From: an uncultured Gemmatimonadaceae bacterium
GTDB lineage: Bacteria; Gemmatimonadota; Gemmatimonadetes; Gemmatimonadales; Gemmatimonadaceae
Direction: 5' to 3'
DNA: 64,000 nt
Assembly (NCBI GenBank): GCA_963790305.1
Contig: CAWBOC010000006.1
Location: 32,001 to 96,000 of the forward strand
Shown: one piece after another, positions 12,405 to 22,961 of the stretch
How the letters are laid out: every line of letters starts with the position of its first letter
Position numbering within the stretch: the stretch's first letter is position 1
Notes under the pieces: generated by a model
Told to the model about the DNA's origin: nothing
What the model saw: only the letters and a program-made list of their open reading frames with translations
Databases searched by the model: none
Translations under genes and position numbers: made by a program

Positions 12405-13378
12405 TGCGCGCCGCGCTCTGGATGGGCGGTCTCGTCGTTTTGCTGGCATTGTGCGCGCTTGCGGTTGCGCTCGGCCCGGTGCCCCTCGGCCTCGGCGAGG
12501 TGCGCGATGCGCTCGTCGGCGTGGGCGATCCGAACGCGATCGCCATTGTTCGCGCCATTCGTCTGCCGCGCCTGACGTTAGCCCTGATCGTCGGTGCGGC
12601 TCTGGGCATGGCGGGCGCCGCGTTGCAGGGCTCGCTCCGAAACGCGCTCGCCGAGCCGTATCTTCTGGGTGTGTCCGGAGGCGCCGCCGTTGGTGCAGTG
12701 CTCGCCTTCGGCGCCGGGGTTCGCGACGCCTCGACCATTCCCATCTTCGCGTGTCTCGGCGGTGGAGCGTCGGTGGGCGCGGTGCTCCTCATCGCGCGCG
12801 CGGCCGGGGGCCGTGCCGACCCGCGCGTGCTGATCATGGCGGGCGTGATCATGGGCGCCTTCGCCAACGCGGTGATCATGGTCGTGCTCGCGAACGCGCC
12901 ACCGAATACCGTGCGCGGCGCGGTATGGTGGATGATGGGCTCGGTCGCCGATGCCGGGTGGGCACAGATTCGCTGGCTCGCCGCGTACGTGGCGGTCGGA
13001 GGCGCCGCACTCCTCCTCATGGCGCGCGAGATCGATGTGCTCGCGCTTGGAGAGGAGCCCGCCGCGGCCTTGGGCCTCGATGTGGACCGCAGCGCCCGTC
13101 GGATCTACCTCGCGAGCTCGCTGTTGGCCGCGGCGACGGTCGCGGCCGCTGGCCTCATTGGGTTCGTTGGCCTCATGGTACCGCACATTGTTCGCGCTTT
13201 TGGCGTGCGCCGGCATCGCGCGATTGTCGCTGGTGCAGCGCTGGTCGGCGCGGCGCTATTGGTGGCCGCCGACCTGGTGGCGCGCACCGCGATGCCGCCA
13301 GCAGAGCTCCCGCTCGGCGCTGTAACGGCGCTCCTCGGCGTGCCGTTCTTTCTTCTCCGCATCCGCAAGCTCGCATGA
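12404..13378 (+). CDS. btuC: FecCD/BtuC-family permease
   Basis: IRLPRL, LRNALAEPYLLGVSGGA, GLIGFVGLMVPH, ELPLG. Confidence 0.92.
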   Translation: MRAALWMGGLVVLLALCALAVALGPVPLGLGEVRDALVGVGDPNAIAIVRAIRLPRLTLALIVGAALGMAGAALQGSLRNALAEPYLLGVSGGAAVGAVLAFGAGVRDASTIPIFACLGGGASVGAVLLIARAAGGRADPRVLIMAGVIMGAFANAVIMVVLANAPPNTVRGAVWWMMGSVADAGWAQIRWLAAYVAVGGAALLLMAREIDVLALGEEPAAALGLDVDRSARRIYLASSLLAAATVAAAGLIGFVGLMVPHIVRAFGVRRHRAIVAGAALVGAALLVAADLVARTAMPPAELPLGAVTALLGVPFFLLRIRKLA

Positions 13379-14202
13379 TCCGCTTCCATGAAGTGAGCGC
13401 GCGGTATTCGCGAGCTACGCGCGATGCGCTGTCGCACGTGTCGTTGGCGGCGCCGGCGGGCGCACTCACCGCGGTGGTCGGTCCAAACGGCAGCGGGAAA
13501 AGCACTCTGGTTCGAGTGCTTCTTCGGCGGCTGTCGCCGCGAACGGGTGGCGTTGAGATCGACGGGCGCCGGGTCGAGACCTTTGACGCGCGTGAGCTCG
13601 CGCGCCGCGTCGCCGTCGTCCCGCAGCGGGAGAGCGCCGTCTTCTCGCTGCCCGTTCACGAGTACGTGGCGCTCGGACGCTACCCGCACGAAGGCCCGTG
13701 GCGCGCCGCGACGCAGCTCGATGTCGCCCTCGTCGACCAGGCCATGGCGGACGCCGGTGTAACGGAGCTCGCGACGCGAGACATTCTCGCGCTCTCGGGG
13801 GGTGAGTGGCAGCGCGCGCGGATCGCCCGAGCACTGGCGCAAGGCGGGGATGCGCTGGTGCTCGACGAGCCCACGACATTCCTCGATGTGGGGCATGAGA
13901 TGGGAACGTTCGAGCTCCTCGCCTCGCTGTCGCGGGCCGGCCGGGCCGTGCTCGTGATCAGCCACCAGCTCAACCTCATCGCCCGATTCGCCGACGCCAT
14001 GGTGCTGCTTCACGACGGACGAGTCGCCGCAGCCGGGCCGCCGCATGTCGTGATGCAGGCTGCAACGCTCGAGCGGGTGTATCAGTGGCCGCTCGTCGTG
14101 ACGCGCGATCCGGCGGTGGGTGCGCCTACACTCGTTCCCCTGCGTGGGCGTCGCCACTCCTCAGGCACATCCTCGGTGCATTCTTCGGAGTCCCCGCCAT
14201 GA
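13375..14202 (+). CDS. ABC ATPase (BtuD/FepC-like)
   Basis: GPNGSGKS, LSGGEWQR, LDEPT, SHQLN. Confidence 0.92.
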   Translation: MIRFHEVSARYSRATRDALSHVSLAAPAGALTAVVGPNGSGKSTLVRVLLRRLSPRTGGVEIDGRRVETFDARELARRVAVVPQRESAVFSLPVHEYVALGRYPHEGPWRAATQLDVALVDQAMADAGVTELATRDILALSGGEWQRARIARALAQGGDALVLDEPTTFLDVGHEMGTFELLASLSRAGRAVLVISHQLNLIARFADAMVLLHDGRVAAAGPPHVVMQAATLERVYQWPLVVTRDPAVGAPTLVPLRGRRHSSGTSSVHSSESPP

Positions 14203-16069
14203 GATCATCTCGTGTAGCCGCGCTGCTGCTGCCTGCATTCACTGCCCTTGCGGGCGCGCAAGTACCGGAAGACACCGTTACCCTGGCGCCGGTGACCGTC
14301 ACTGCCACGCGACTTCCTATTGCGCGCACGGCTGTCCCCGCCGCGATCACTGTCATCACCGGGGCGGAGCTGCGCGCCCGCGGGATCACGCGGCTCACCG
14401 ATGCACTTCGTGAGGTGCCGGGTGCCTCCGTGGTCCAGTCGGGTTCCTTCGGGGCGCAGACGGGCCTGTTCATCCGCGGGGGCGAGAGCGACTACACCAA
14501 AGTACTCGTCGATGGGGTGCCCCTGAATGACGCCGGGGGATCAATCGACCTGGCCCACCTCTCGGTCGACGATGTCGATCGCATTGAGATCGTCCGCGGG
14601 CCCGCGAGCGTCCTGTATGGCTCCGACGCCGTGACCGGCGTGATCCAGATCTTCACTCGCGTGCCGGCGCAGTCGCGGCTCCGCATGTCCGCGCGCGGGG
14701 GAACGTACGCGACCCGCGACGCTGCCGGTGACATCGCCATCGTCCGCGGGACGTCGCAGTTCTCCGCCGGCGCATCGTCGCGCGGCACCGATGGCGTGCT
14801 CGACTTCAACAATGGATACCGCAATCGTCAGGTGAGTGCGTCCCTGCGTCTTGCGCCAGCGGAGCGCATGGCACTGCGCACCATGGTTAGGCATACCGAT
14901 GCGACCTACCATTACCCGACTGATTTTCTCGGAACCCCGGTCGATAGCAATCAATACCGTCGTGAGAAGCGCCTCGTCGTGGGTGTCGACGGGAGCATGC
15001 CTCTTTCTCGTCGTGCCACGGCGCGCCTGATGCTCGGCGCCAACGAGCTCGACGGCGTCTCCGACAATCAGGTGGATCGAGCGGACGACATCGCCTACCA
15101 TGACGAGACCGAGGCGTCGCGGCGCGTCGTCGATGGTCGCGTCGATGTCACGCTTCCGTTCGACGGAACGCTCACCACGGGCGCCGACTGGACACGGCAG
15201 CACGAGACGAACACCTCCAACTTCGAGGCGTCCCGGATCAATCGCGGCTATTACGTGCAGCTTCTCGCAGGGAGTGGGGGCCCATGGCTGGCCACCGCTC
15301 GGGACGCGCATCGATGACAACGAGAAGTTCGGAACCTTCACCACCTGGCGAGCGAGTGGGTCGTGGAGGTTCCCGACCAGGACGCGCGTCCGCGCGACCG
15401 TCGGTACTGCGTTCAAGGAGCCAGCGTTCGCCGAGGTGTTCAACACTTCCTTTACGCGGGGGAACGCGGCGCTCGAGCCCGAGCGATCGCGCAGCGTGGA
15501 GGTGGGAGTCGAGCAGGAGGTCGTGTCGGAGAGCTCAACCATTTCCGTCACCTGGTTCGATCAGCGATTTCGTGATCGCGTCGATTTCATTTCGTTCCCT
15601 CCCGACTCCGCGGTATTCGGAACGTTCGCCAATATCGGTGAAGCATTCGCGACCGGGATCGAAGTCGAAGCGCGCGTGGGAACATCACGCGGCCTCGGGT
15701 TGTCGGCCTCGTACGCCTACCTGGAGACCGAAATCATCGAGGATCAATTCGAGAGGGTAGGGCAGCGGCTCCTGCGGCGACCGATGCACTCCGCGACCGC
15801 CACGGCCTCGTATGCGAACGCTGGCGGATCCGTTGCCGCCACGCTGCATCGCGTTGGGAGCCGGCACGACGTCGGCTACGTCCGCTTGCCGTGGTACACG
15901 ACGCTCGACCTCGCCGGCGAGCTTCGCGTCGCGCGCCGCCGCGCCGGCGAGGTCGCGCTGACGCTACGACTCGAGAACGCCCTCGATGAGGGGTACGAGG
16001 CCATCCTCGAATTATCGGGCGCCAGGAAGAACACTACTGATTGGTGGTCGAATGGCATTTTCGTGGTAG
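14199..16069 (+). CDS. btuB: TonB-dependent receptor, BtuB-like (frameshifts near 15297 and 16009)
   Basis: VTVTATR, plug motifs IRGG, VLVDG, RIEIVRGPASVLYGSDA; barrel continues in the 15100 frame; last shift restores C-terminus NYRAPGRTLLIGGRMAFSW-stop at 16069. Confidence 0.88.
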
Positions 16070-16135
16070 GGGCGCAAGATGCAGGTTTGATCTAGCCCTC
16101 TGTGCCCTCAGAGCGTCGCTCCGTATTTTACCAGT

Positions 16136-16897
16136 ATGCCGCTCGTCGTCACCGACGCGATCGTCCTCCACGCATTCGACTACTCGGAAACGTCGCGCAT
16201 CCTTCGTCTCGCGACGCGCGAGGCGGGTGTGCTGTCGGTGCTCGCACGAGGGGCACGGCGATCGACGAAACGCTTCGGCAGCGCGCTCGACCTGTTCGCC
16301 GAGGGCACCGTCGAGGTGCTCGTGCGTGACCAGCGCGACCTTCAGACGCTGTGCGCGTTCGATGTCACTCGCTCGCGTCCCACCCTCGCGAGCGACCTCG
16401 GCCGTTTCGCGGGCGCGTCCGCGCTGGCGGAGCTCATCCTTCGGTTCGCGACCGATGAGCGGCAGGTGTCGTTGTTCGATGCGCTGTCACGCTCGCTCGA
16501 CGAGCTGGCGCTCGCTCCGCCTGACGAGACCCGCGAGGTAACGCTCGCCGGCGCCTGGCGTCTGGTTGGCGAGCTTGGCTTCGCGCCCTCCCTCGACAGC
16601 TGCAGCGCCTGTCACTCCGTCGTCGGCATTGCCGACACGCTGCCGTTCAGTCATGCCGCGGGGGGCGTGCTGTGCGCGAGCTGCGCGAGGCTCCATCCCA
16701 CTGGCAGAACGCTGCCGGCGGTCGAGCGGGCACGGCTGGGCGCGTGGATGGCGGACGAGCGCACCGGCAAGATGTCCGATCCCGACAGCCGCGCCCACCA
16801 GCGATTGCTGCGAGAGTTTCTGCGCGAGCATCTCGCGCAGGATCGCGCGCTCCGCGCCTTCGAGATGTGGGAGCACGCGCCCTGGGGTGGCGCATGA
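16136..16897 (+). CDS. recO: DNA repair protein RecO
   Basis: DAIVLHAFDYSETSRIL, ARGARRS, GFAPSLDSCSAC...GGVLCASC Zn motif. Confidence 0.92.
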   Translation: MPLVVTDAIVLHAFDYSETSRILRLATREAGVLSVLARGARRSTKRFGSALDLFAEGTVEVLVRDQRDLQTLCAFDVTRSRPTLASDLGRFAGASALAELILRFATDERQVSLFDALSRSLDELALAPPDETREVTLAGAWRLVGELGFAPSLDSCSACHSVVGIADTLPFSHAAGGVLCASCARLHPTGRTLPAVERARLGAWMADERTGKMSDPDSRAHQRLLREFLREHLAQDRALRAFEMWEHAPWGGA

Positions 16898-18745
16898 TAC
16901 TCGGCACCGCTGGCCACGTCGATCACGGCAAGACGGCGCTGGTGAAGGCACTCACCGGCGTCGATACCGACCGCCTCGAGGAAGAGAAGCGACGGGGCAT
17001 AACGATCGATCTCGGCTTCGCGCCGCTTCGGCTCGAGAACGGGCTTACCCTCGGTGTGGTCGACGTGCCCGGGCACGAGGCGTTCGTGCGCAACATGGTC
17101 GCCGGTGCGACCGGCATCGATCTCGCGTTGCTCGTGATCGCCGCCGACGAGGGCATCATGCCTCAAACGCAAGAGCATTCGAACATCCTCCGCCTCCTCG
17201 GCGTTCGCGGCGGTGTGGTTGCGCTCTCCAAGTCTGATCTCGTCGAAGCGGAATGGCTGGAGCTCGTGCGAGATGAGGTGCGCGCGGCCCTCGAGAAAAC
17301 ACCGCTCGCATCGGCGGCGATCGTCTCCACGTCGACCGTATCGGGCGACGGGGTTCTCGCTCTTCGCGAGGCGATCACTGCCGCCGCGCAGGCGCTCCCC
17401 GCCCGCAACGGCGAGGATCTCTTCCGGATGCCGATCGACCGGGCCTTTTCGTTGAAGGGAACGGGCACGGTAGTGACCGGCACGGTCTGGAGTGGGGCGC
17501 TTGGGCGCGAGAGCCTCGCGCGCGTCATGCCGCTCGGGAAGCCGGTGCGTGTGCGTGGCCTCGAGTCACATGGCTCGTCGATTCCCGTCCGCGACCACTG
17601 GCATGCGTGCGGCCGTTGCGCTTGCCGGAGTCGAGGTGAGTGAGCTCCGACGCGGCCAGGTTCTCGTCGCGGACGAGTCGTGGGCGCCGACGACCGTCGT
17701 CCTCGCGCAGGTGGAGATGCTGGCGAGCGCGCGTCGCGCGCTTGGCGCTCGCACCCAGCTGCGTTTTCACCTGGGCACGGCCGATGTCGGCGCGCGCGTC
17801 GTGGCGGCCGGAGGTGCGCTCCGTCCGGGCTCCAGCGCATCCGCCCGCATCGTGCTGGAGGAGCCTGTGATCGCCCGTGCTGGGGATCGCTTCGTCTTGC
17901 GCGGCGAAACGCCAGTCGTCACGGTCGGCGGCGGAATCATTGACGACCCGATGCCACAGGGCCGGCGTGCACGACCCTGGCACCATGCCGCGCCGAGTGC
18001 CGCGGATCGTCTCGAGCGGCATCTCGTCGACGCCGGCGTTCGCGGAGTGGCGGTCGCATCGCTCCCCGTGCGGCTGGGCACCGGGCCTGCCCACGCGGTC
18101 GAGCTGGCCGACTCGGATGAGTCGTTAGGCACGCGGCGCATCGGTGACCGCCTTTACTCGGCGGCGGCGGTCGAGCGCGCGCGAGCGACCCTGGTACGGC
18201 TGGTGGACGAGCACCACCGTGGTGCCCCGCTCGAGCCGGGCGCGTCACTTCAATCGATCCGGGCCAGAGTCGGCGCGCCGCCCGAGCTCGTCGATCTGAT
18301 CGTCCGGGAGGCGGTGGCGTCAGGGGCGCTGCAGCTCGAGGCCGGGCTGATCGCCCGTCGCGAGTGGAAGCCTCTCCTCACCGATCGCCAGGTACGCCTT
18401 CGCGGCGACCTGCTCGGCGCCCTCCAGCGGGCGGGTCGCGAGCCGCCGAGCGGGTCGGAGCTCGAGGTGAGCCACGGGGCTGACGTCGTTCCGCTTCTGC
18501 GACTGATGGAGCGGGAACGAGAGGTCGTGGCGGTCGAGGCCGATCGGTGGTTCGCCAGGGCGGCGCTGGAGGAGATGATCGCGCTCCTCCGCCGCGGGAT
18601 GAGCCCGGGGCGCGAACACACGCCGGCCGAGCTTCGGGATATACTCGGGTTCTCCCGGAAGTTCCTGATCCCCTTTCTCGAGTACTGCGACCGGCATCAC
18701 ATCACGGAACGGCGCTCGTCAGGCAGGGTATTGCTAGGTCCGTAG
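16894..18745 (+). CDS. selB: Selenocysteine-specific elongation factor (frameshift near 17584)
   Basis: [33 protein letters not shown]-terminal winged helix [13 protein letters not shown]. Confidence 0.93.
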
Positions 18746-18773
18746 TTTGCTCAGGGATGCGCATTTGGGTTGC

Positions 18774-18802
18774 TTGACACGGCCTGACCTGCATCCTATG
18801 TT
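18774..18802 (+). promoter_or_regulatory. Putative sigma70 promoter
   Basis: TTGACA-17 nt-TATGTT upstream of the 18884 ORF. Confidence 0.6.
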
Positions 18803-18883
18803 CGCGATCAAGGCACGCTATCGTACCACCTGTTTCCAGGAGCGGGACAGAGACTTCTTACTTCGTCAGTCTGGAGAAGGCGC

Positions 18884-19321
18884 ATGAGGCACCAATGGGC
18901 AGCACTCTGTGTGCTCGCCCTAGGCGCACTCGTACCGACGATCGGGCAAGCCCAAGCCGCTCAACCCCCGCCGGTTCGTGAGCGCCCCGGAGTTGAACTG
19001 GGACAGAACTACCCGAACCCGTTCAACCCGACCACGACGATCCCGTTTGTCATCGGTGACCTGGCGACCTGTCAGGATACCGGTCGGGAGCACGTGGTGT
19101 CCCTCAGGATCTACAACATTCTCGCGCAGCTCGTTGCAGTTCCGATTCTGCAGGGAACGGGACAACAGCTCTTGAACGTGCGGATGAAATGCGGGGCGTA
19201 CACGGCCTACTGGGACGGCCACTACCTCGGATCTTCCCGCGAAGTCGCCTCAGGCGTGTACCTCTATCGCATTGAGGTCGACGGCGAGGTGAAGGTGAAG
19301 AAGATGATCGTCAGCAAGTGA
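18884..19321 (+). CDS. Secreted protein made almost entirely of a T9SS type A CTD-like / FlgD-Ig domain
   Basis: Signal peptide, then LGQNYPNPFNPTTTIPF...IYNILAQLV...WDG...VASGVYLYRI...KKMIV; GGAG RBS. Confidence 0.8.
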   Translation: MRHQWAALCVLALGALVPTIGQAQAAQPPPVRERPGVELGQNYPNPFNPTTTIPFVIGDLATCQDTGREHVVSLRIYNILAQLVAVPILQGTGQQLLNVRMKCGAYTAYWDGHYLGSSREVASGVYLYRIEVDGEVKVKKMIVSK

Positions 19322-19351
19322 CGTCTGGCGGCGCGCATGAGGTCGAACGGG

Positions 19352-19381
19352 ACGCGGTGACGGCTTCGGCCGTCACCGCGT
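19352..19381. terminator. Hairpin terminator between convergent genes
   Basis: ACGCGGTGACGGC-TTCG-GCCGTCACCGCGT followed by TTGTTCTT. Confidence 0.75.
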
Positions 19382-19732
19382 TTGTTCTTGCGGCGGCCCG
19401 CCGCGCCCTGCGGACGTCGACGTGTCAGCCATGAGGGCGAGCGACTTCTTGCTGATCTCACTCCAGATCGCCGAGGCACGCGCCGGACTCACGGCGTAGT
19501 GACGCGCCTGCCGCTCGAGCTCGTCAGCCGTAAGGCCTTGCTCTTGCAACACCGCACGGCGCAAGCTGTCGCGCGCGGCATCGCTCAGCTGGTAGTTGCG
19601 GTCGATGACGTGAAGCCGCGCCATGGCGGTGACGAAGGTCGAATCGTCCATCACCGCGCGGCCGTCCGGTCTCGTGCACGCGGCGAGTGCGGCGCCGAGC
19701 ACGCAATGTCTCACTATCATTCCGATACGCAT
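19373..19732 (-). CDS. Hypothetical lipoprotein (DUF4296-like)
   Basis: Lipobox LAAC; short helical protein; family assignment is by resemblance only. Confidence 0.6.
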   Translation of the reverse strand: MRIGMIVRHCVLGAALAACTRPDGRAVMDDSTFVTAMARLHVIDRNYQLSDAARDSLRRAVLQEQGLTADELERQARHYAVSPARASAIWSEISKKSLALMADTSTSAGRGGPPQEQTR

Positions 19733-19776
19733 GGCGCGCGAACGCTAGGCCGCATGCTCTCATCGGTCAAGCACAC

Positions 19777-20599
19777 ATGACCTCAGTCGGGGAACAGCTC
19801 ACCACGGGCGCGCGATCAGGACGCCCGTTCGTCACCGCCACCGGCCGGATTCTCAGCCGAGGCCGGCTGGCGCTCGGCGTGCTGTATTGGCTCGCGTGGC
19901 TCTCCGTGTCGCGACGCATTCCCGTTCGAACCGGGATTCAGCGCGAAGTCGAAACGCTCGGAGTCGGCGCGCTCCCCGCTGGTCGTGCCGGCGTCGATTC
20001 TCGTCGGGCTGATCGCGATCTTCCAGCTCGCGTCTCAGCTCCTGGAATTCGGTGCGCAGGCGATGAGCATCCGGGCCATCGCCTGGTTCACGGCCCGCGA
20101 GTTCGGTCCCGTCGGCGCGGCGCTGCTCGTCGTCGCCCGGAGCGCGTCGGGCATCGCCGGAGAGCTCGCCGCGATGCGTGCGGGAGGCGAGATCGATGCC
20201 CTGCGCGCCATGGGGCTCGATCCCGTCAAATACCTCGTGGCGCCGAAGCTGGCCGCCCTGCTGATCGGACTTCCGGCGCTCACCATTCTCTCCGTCGCCC
20301 TGATCATCTTCGGCGGCTGGATCGGGAGCACACTGTTCCTCGACTACAGCACGGCGTTTTTCCTCGAGGAGTTCCGCTCGGCATTCGCGATGCGCGATCT
20401 CATCGTGGGACTTGGCAAGAGCGTCATCTTCGCATTCATCATCGGGTTCGTCGCCGCCGACGAGGGCCTGAACGTCGAGGGCAGAGTGGCCGCGATCAGC
20501 GAGGCGACCACCCGTGGCGTCGTGTACTCCGTGCTCGGCGTGCTGGGCGCCGACACCCTCGTGAACGTCATCTTCTATTTCATTCCCGGACTCGCCTAA
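19777..20599 (+). CDS. MlaE-family ABC permease (frameshift near 19975)
   Basis: REFGPV, SGIAGELAAM...EIDALRAMGLDPVKYLVAPK, ATTRGVV. Confidence 0.88.
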
Positions 20600-20600
20600 C

Positions 20601-21347
20601 GTGAGCGACGTCGTCCTCGAGGTCACCGCCCTGACCGGCCCTGACGAGTCGCCGGCCATCTTCGACATCTCGCTGAACGCCTGGCGGGGACGCACCAGCG
20701 TCGTTCTCGGGCCCATTCACTCCGGAAAGTCGATCGTCATGCGCCACTTGCTGGCGCTCGAAGACGCTCGCACCGGATCGATCGTCGTGGAGGGCGAGCG
20801 TTTCGATGCGCGTGGCGAATCGGACGCGGTCGTTCGACGCATGCGCACGCGCTTCGGGGTGATCTTCGAAGGGGCCGCGCTGCTCTCGCGTCTCTCCGTC
20901 CTCGAGAACGTCGAGCTCCCGCTGCTCGAGCACACGCACGCCACCGGCGACGAGGCGCGTGAGGCGGCGCAGGAGTTGCTCTCCGAGGTGGGACTGACCG
21001 TTGCGCAGGACGCGACCCCGGGAGAGCTGGACCGGGCCGCACAGCGTCGCGTCGCTCTGGCCCGTGCCCTCGCGCTCAGGCCGCCCGTCCTATTACTCGA
21101 TGAGCCCACGCAAGGGCTCGACGCACATGCCGCTTCCGAGCTCGACCGTACCTTGCGACAATTGCAGGAGCGCGGTGGATTCGGAATCGTCATCTTTACA
21201 CGGGAAGCCCGATACGCCTTTGGAAACGCCCAGCGTGTCTATGTCATGGCGGAAGGACGCATCGTCGACGCGGGGAATCACGATACCCTCGCGGACAGCG
21301 AACATCCCGTGGTGCGCGGTCTCCTCCGTCGACGGGGGTCGGAATGA
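20601..21347 (+). CDS. MlaF-like ABC ATPase with degenerate motifs
   Basis: GPIHSGKS, LSVLENV, RVALARAL, LLLDEPTQGLD. Confidence 0.85.
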   Translation: MSDVVLEVTALTGPDESPAIFDISLNAWRGRTSVVLGPIHSGKSIVMRHLLALEDARTGSIVVEGERFDARGESDAVVRRMRTRFGVIFEGAALLSRLSVLENVELPLLEHTHATGDEAREAAQELLSEVGLTVAQDATPGELDRAAQRRVALARALALRPPVLLLDEPTQGLDAHAASELDRTLRQLQERGGFGIVIFTREARYAFGNAQRVYVMAEGRIVDAGNHDTLADSEHPVVRGLLRRRGSE

Positions 21348-22249
21348 AGCGCGGTGAATCCCGTCTCGGCATAGTCGCGTTTCTCGGTGGCACCGCGCTC
21401 GTGCTCGTGGCCATCGTCGCCTTCGCGCGCTACCCATCGCTGTTCCATCGCGGAAGCGAGTATCGCGCCGCCTTCAAGAACGTCGCCGGGCTCAACCTTG
21501 GTGACGAGGTGCGCTACGGAGGCCTGATCGTCGGCTCGGTCACACGGCTCACTCTCGATCCTGAGGATGCTACCCGCATCGAGGTGACGTTCCGCGTCCG
21601 TCCACAGACACCAATGCGAACCGACACCTACGCGACGATCACGCAAGTCGGGCTTCTGGGACAGCCGTACCTCAACCTCGAGGCCGGCCTCCCGACCTCG
21701 CCCGTTCTGCCTCCGCGCAGCCGTGTACCGACGCGCGACAACCTCACCTTCCAGGACGCAATGAGTCGCCTCGCGGTCTTTCTCGATCGCGCCGACACGC
21801 TGTTGCATGGCGTCGAGAGGATTGCCGCCTCGAGCCCCTGGGATCGCATCGACCGCACGCTGTCGCGCGTCGACGCTCTTCTGTCCAACGCCGCGGCAGG
21901 CTCGGGCCGAGTGATCGAGAACCTCGATCAGGCGACGGTGCAGCTGGCGGGAATGCTCGAGCGCACCGAGCGTCTCATCAGCGCGCTCGACACCGCCTTC
22001 CGGGACGCGAGCCCGGGATTGCGTCAGGCACAACGGGAGGCATTGGCCGCCATGCGCGACATGCGTGCGCTCATCGGCGACGTACGCGACGCCACCGGCG
22101 ACGGAGACCGTTTGGCGCGTATCGTCGACAACCTCGCGGCGGCGTCCGACGACCTGGCGCGTCTCGCCGATCGGCTGGAGAAGGAGCCGACGAGCGTCCT
22201 GTCGCGCCGGCAGCCGCCGAAAAAGACCGCTGGGCCGGCGGCGCAATGA
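21344..22249 (+). CDS. MlaD/MCE-domain protein
   Basis: N-terminal TM, FKNVAGLNLGDEVRYGG, GLLGQPYLNL, long helical tail. Confidence 0.9.
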   Translation: MKRGESRLGIVAFLGGTALVLVAIVAFARYPSLFHRGSEYRAAFKNVAGLNLGDEVRYGGLIVGSVTRLTLDPEDATRIEVTFRVRPQTPMRTDTYATITQVGLLGQPYLNLEAGLPTSPVLPPRSRVPTRDNLTFQDAMSRLAVFLDRADTLLHGVERIAASSPWDRIDRTLSRVDALLSNAAAGSGRVIENLDQATVQLAGMLERTERLISALDTAFRDASPGLRQAQREALAAMRDMRALIGDVRDATGDGDRLARIVDNLAAASDDLARLADRLEKEPTSVLSRRQPPKKTAGPAAQ

Positions 22250-22899
22250 CCGCTCATCACGCGATCCTGGCGGTTGTGGCGCTCGCGGTAGGCTGCCTCC
22301 GCTCGCGGGCGGTCCCGCCGATCGAGATGTACCGGCTGCTGCCGACGGCTGCCGAAACGTCGAGCGTCTCCATTCCCGCGCCTCTTGATGACGTACCTCA
22401 GGGATCGCTGGCGGTCGCACGGTACATTACGCCGGGCCTCTACGGGCAACGGGGAATCGTGTATCGTGTGGGAGAGTCGGGCTACGCGACCTATCCCTCT
22501 CGTGAGTGGGCAATACCGCTCGGCGAGATGCTGGGGCGCCGCACGGCGGACCTTCTGCAGGAAAAACCGCTGGTGCAGGGTGGGGCGCTCTTCGATCCGC
22601 CGACGCGGCGGGCCTTCACCCACGTGTGGCGAGGCACGGTGCGCGAATTCGAGGAGATCGATCGCGGCAACAACGTCTTCGTCGCCGTAAGTCTCGAGGC
22701 GAGCCTCATACGAGTCGCCGACGACTCGATCCTGTGGTCCGGCTCGGCGCGCGTGGAGCGCCCGGTTCCAGAGGGGACAATCGACGGCATTATCGCCGGC
22801 CTGAGCTCGGCGACCGACGAGGTGGTGTTCGCCTTGCTCGACTCGGCGAGGGTGTCGATCCGGCAGAGATCCGCGAACGGGTCCGCGCGGGAACCGTAG
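22246..22899 (+). CDS. ABC-type transport auxiliary lipoprotein (PqiC-like)
   Basis: Lipobox AVGC, YRL, IVYR...EWA, GTVREFEE; follows the MCE gene. Confidence 0.8.
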   Translation: MTAHHAILAVVALAVGCLRSRAVPPIEMYRLLPTAAETSSVSIPAPLDDVPQGSLAVARYITPGLYGQRGIVYRVGESGYATYPSREWAIPLGEMLGRRTADLLQEKPLVQGGALFDPPTRRAFTHVWRGTVREFEEIDRGNNVFVAVSLEASLIRVADDSILWSGSARVERPVPEGTIDGIIAGLSSATDEVVFALLDSARVSIRQRSANGSAREP

Positions 22900-22946
22900 G
22901 CCGCGCCACCCCGGCAGCCCGAGTGCGCACGCTCGGCAGACATGCA

Positions 22947-22961
22947 CGGAACGACGGTTGC
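22947..22961 (+). promoter_or_regulatory. Putative sigma54 (-24/-12) promoter for clpB
   Basis: CGGAACGACGGTTGC = GG-N10-GC with TTGC at -12. Confidence 0.55.

Noticed and set aside
12280..13374. 640-aa fused ABC ATPase as given in the ORF track
   Set aside because: The N-terminal part is an off-frame read of btuC; the real start is ATG 13375. The same applies to the extended ORFs for hprK, ptsH, selB, scpB, pyrR and mutL.
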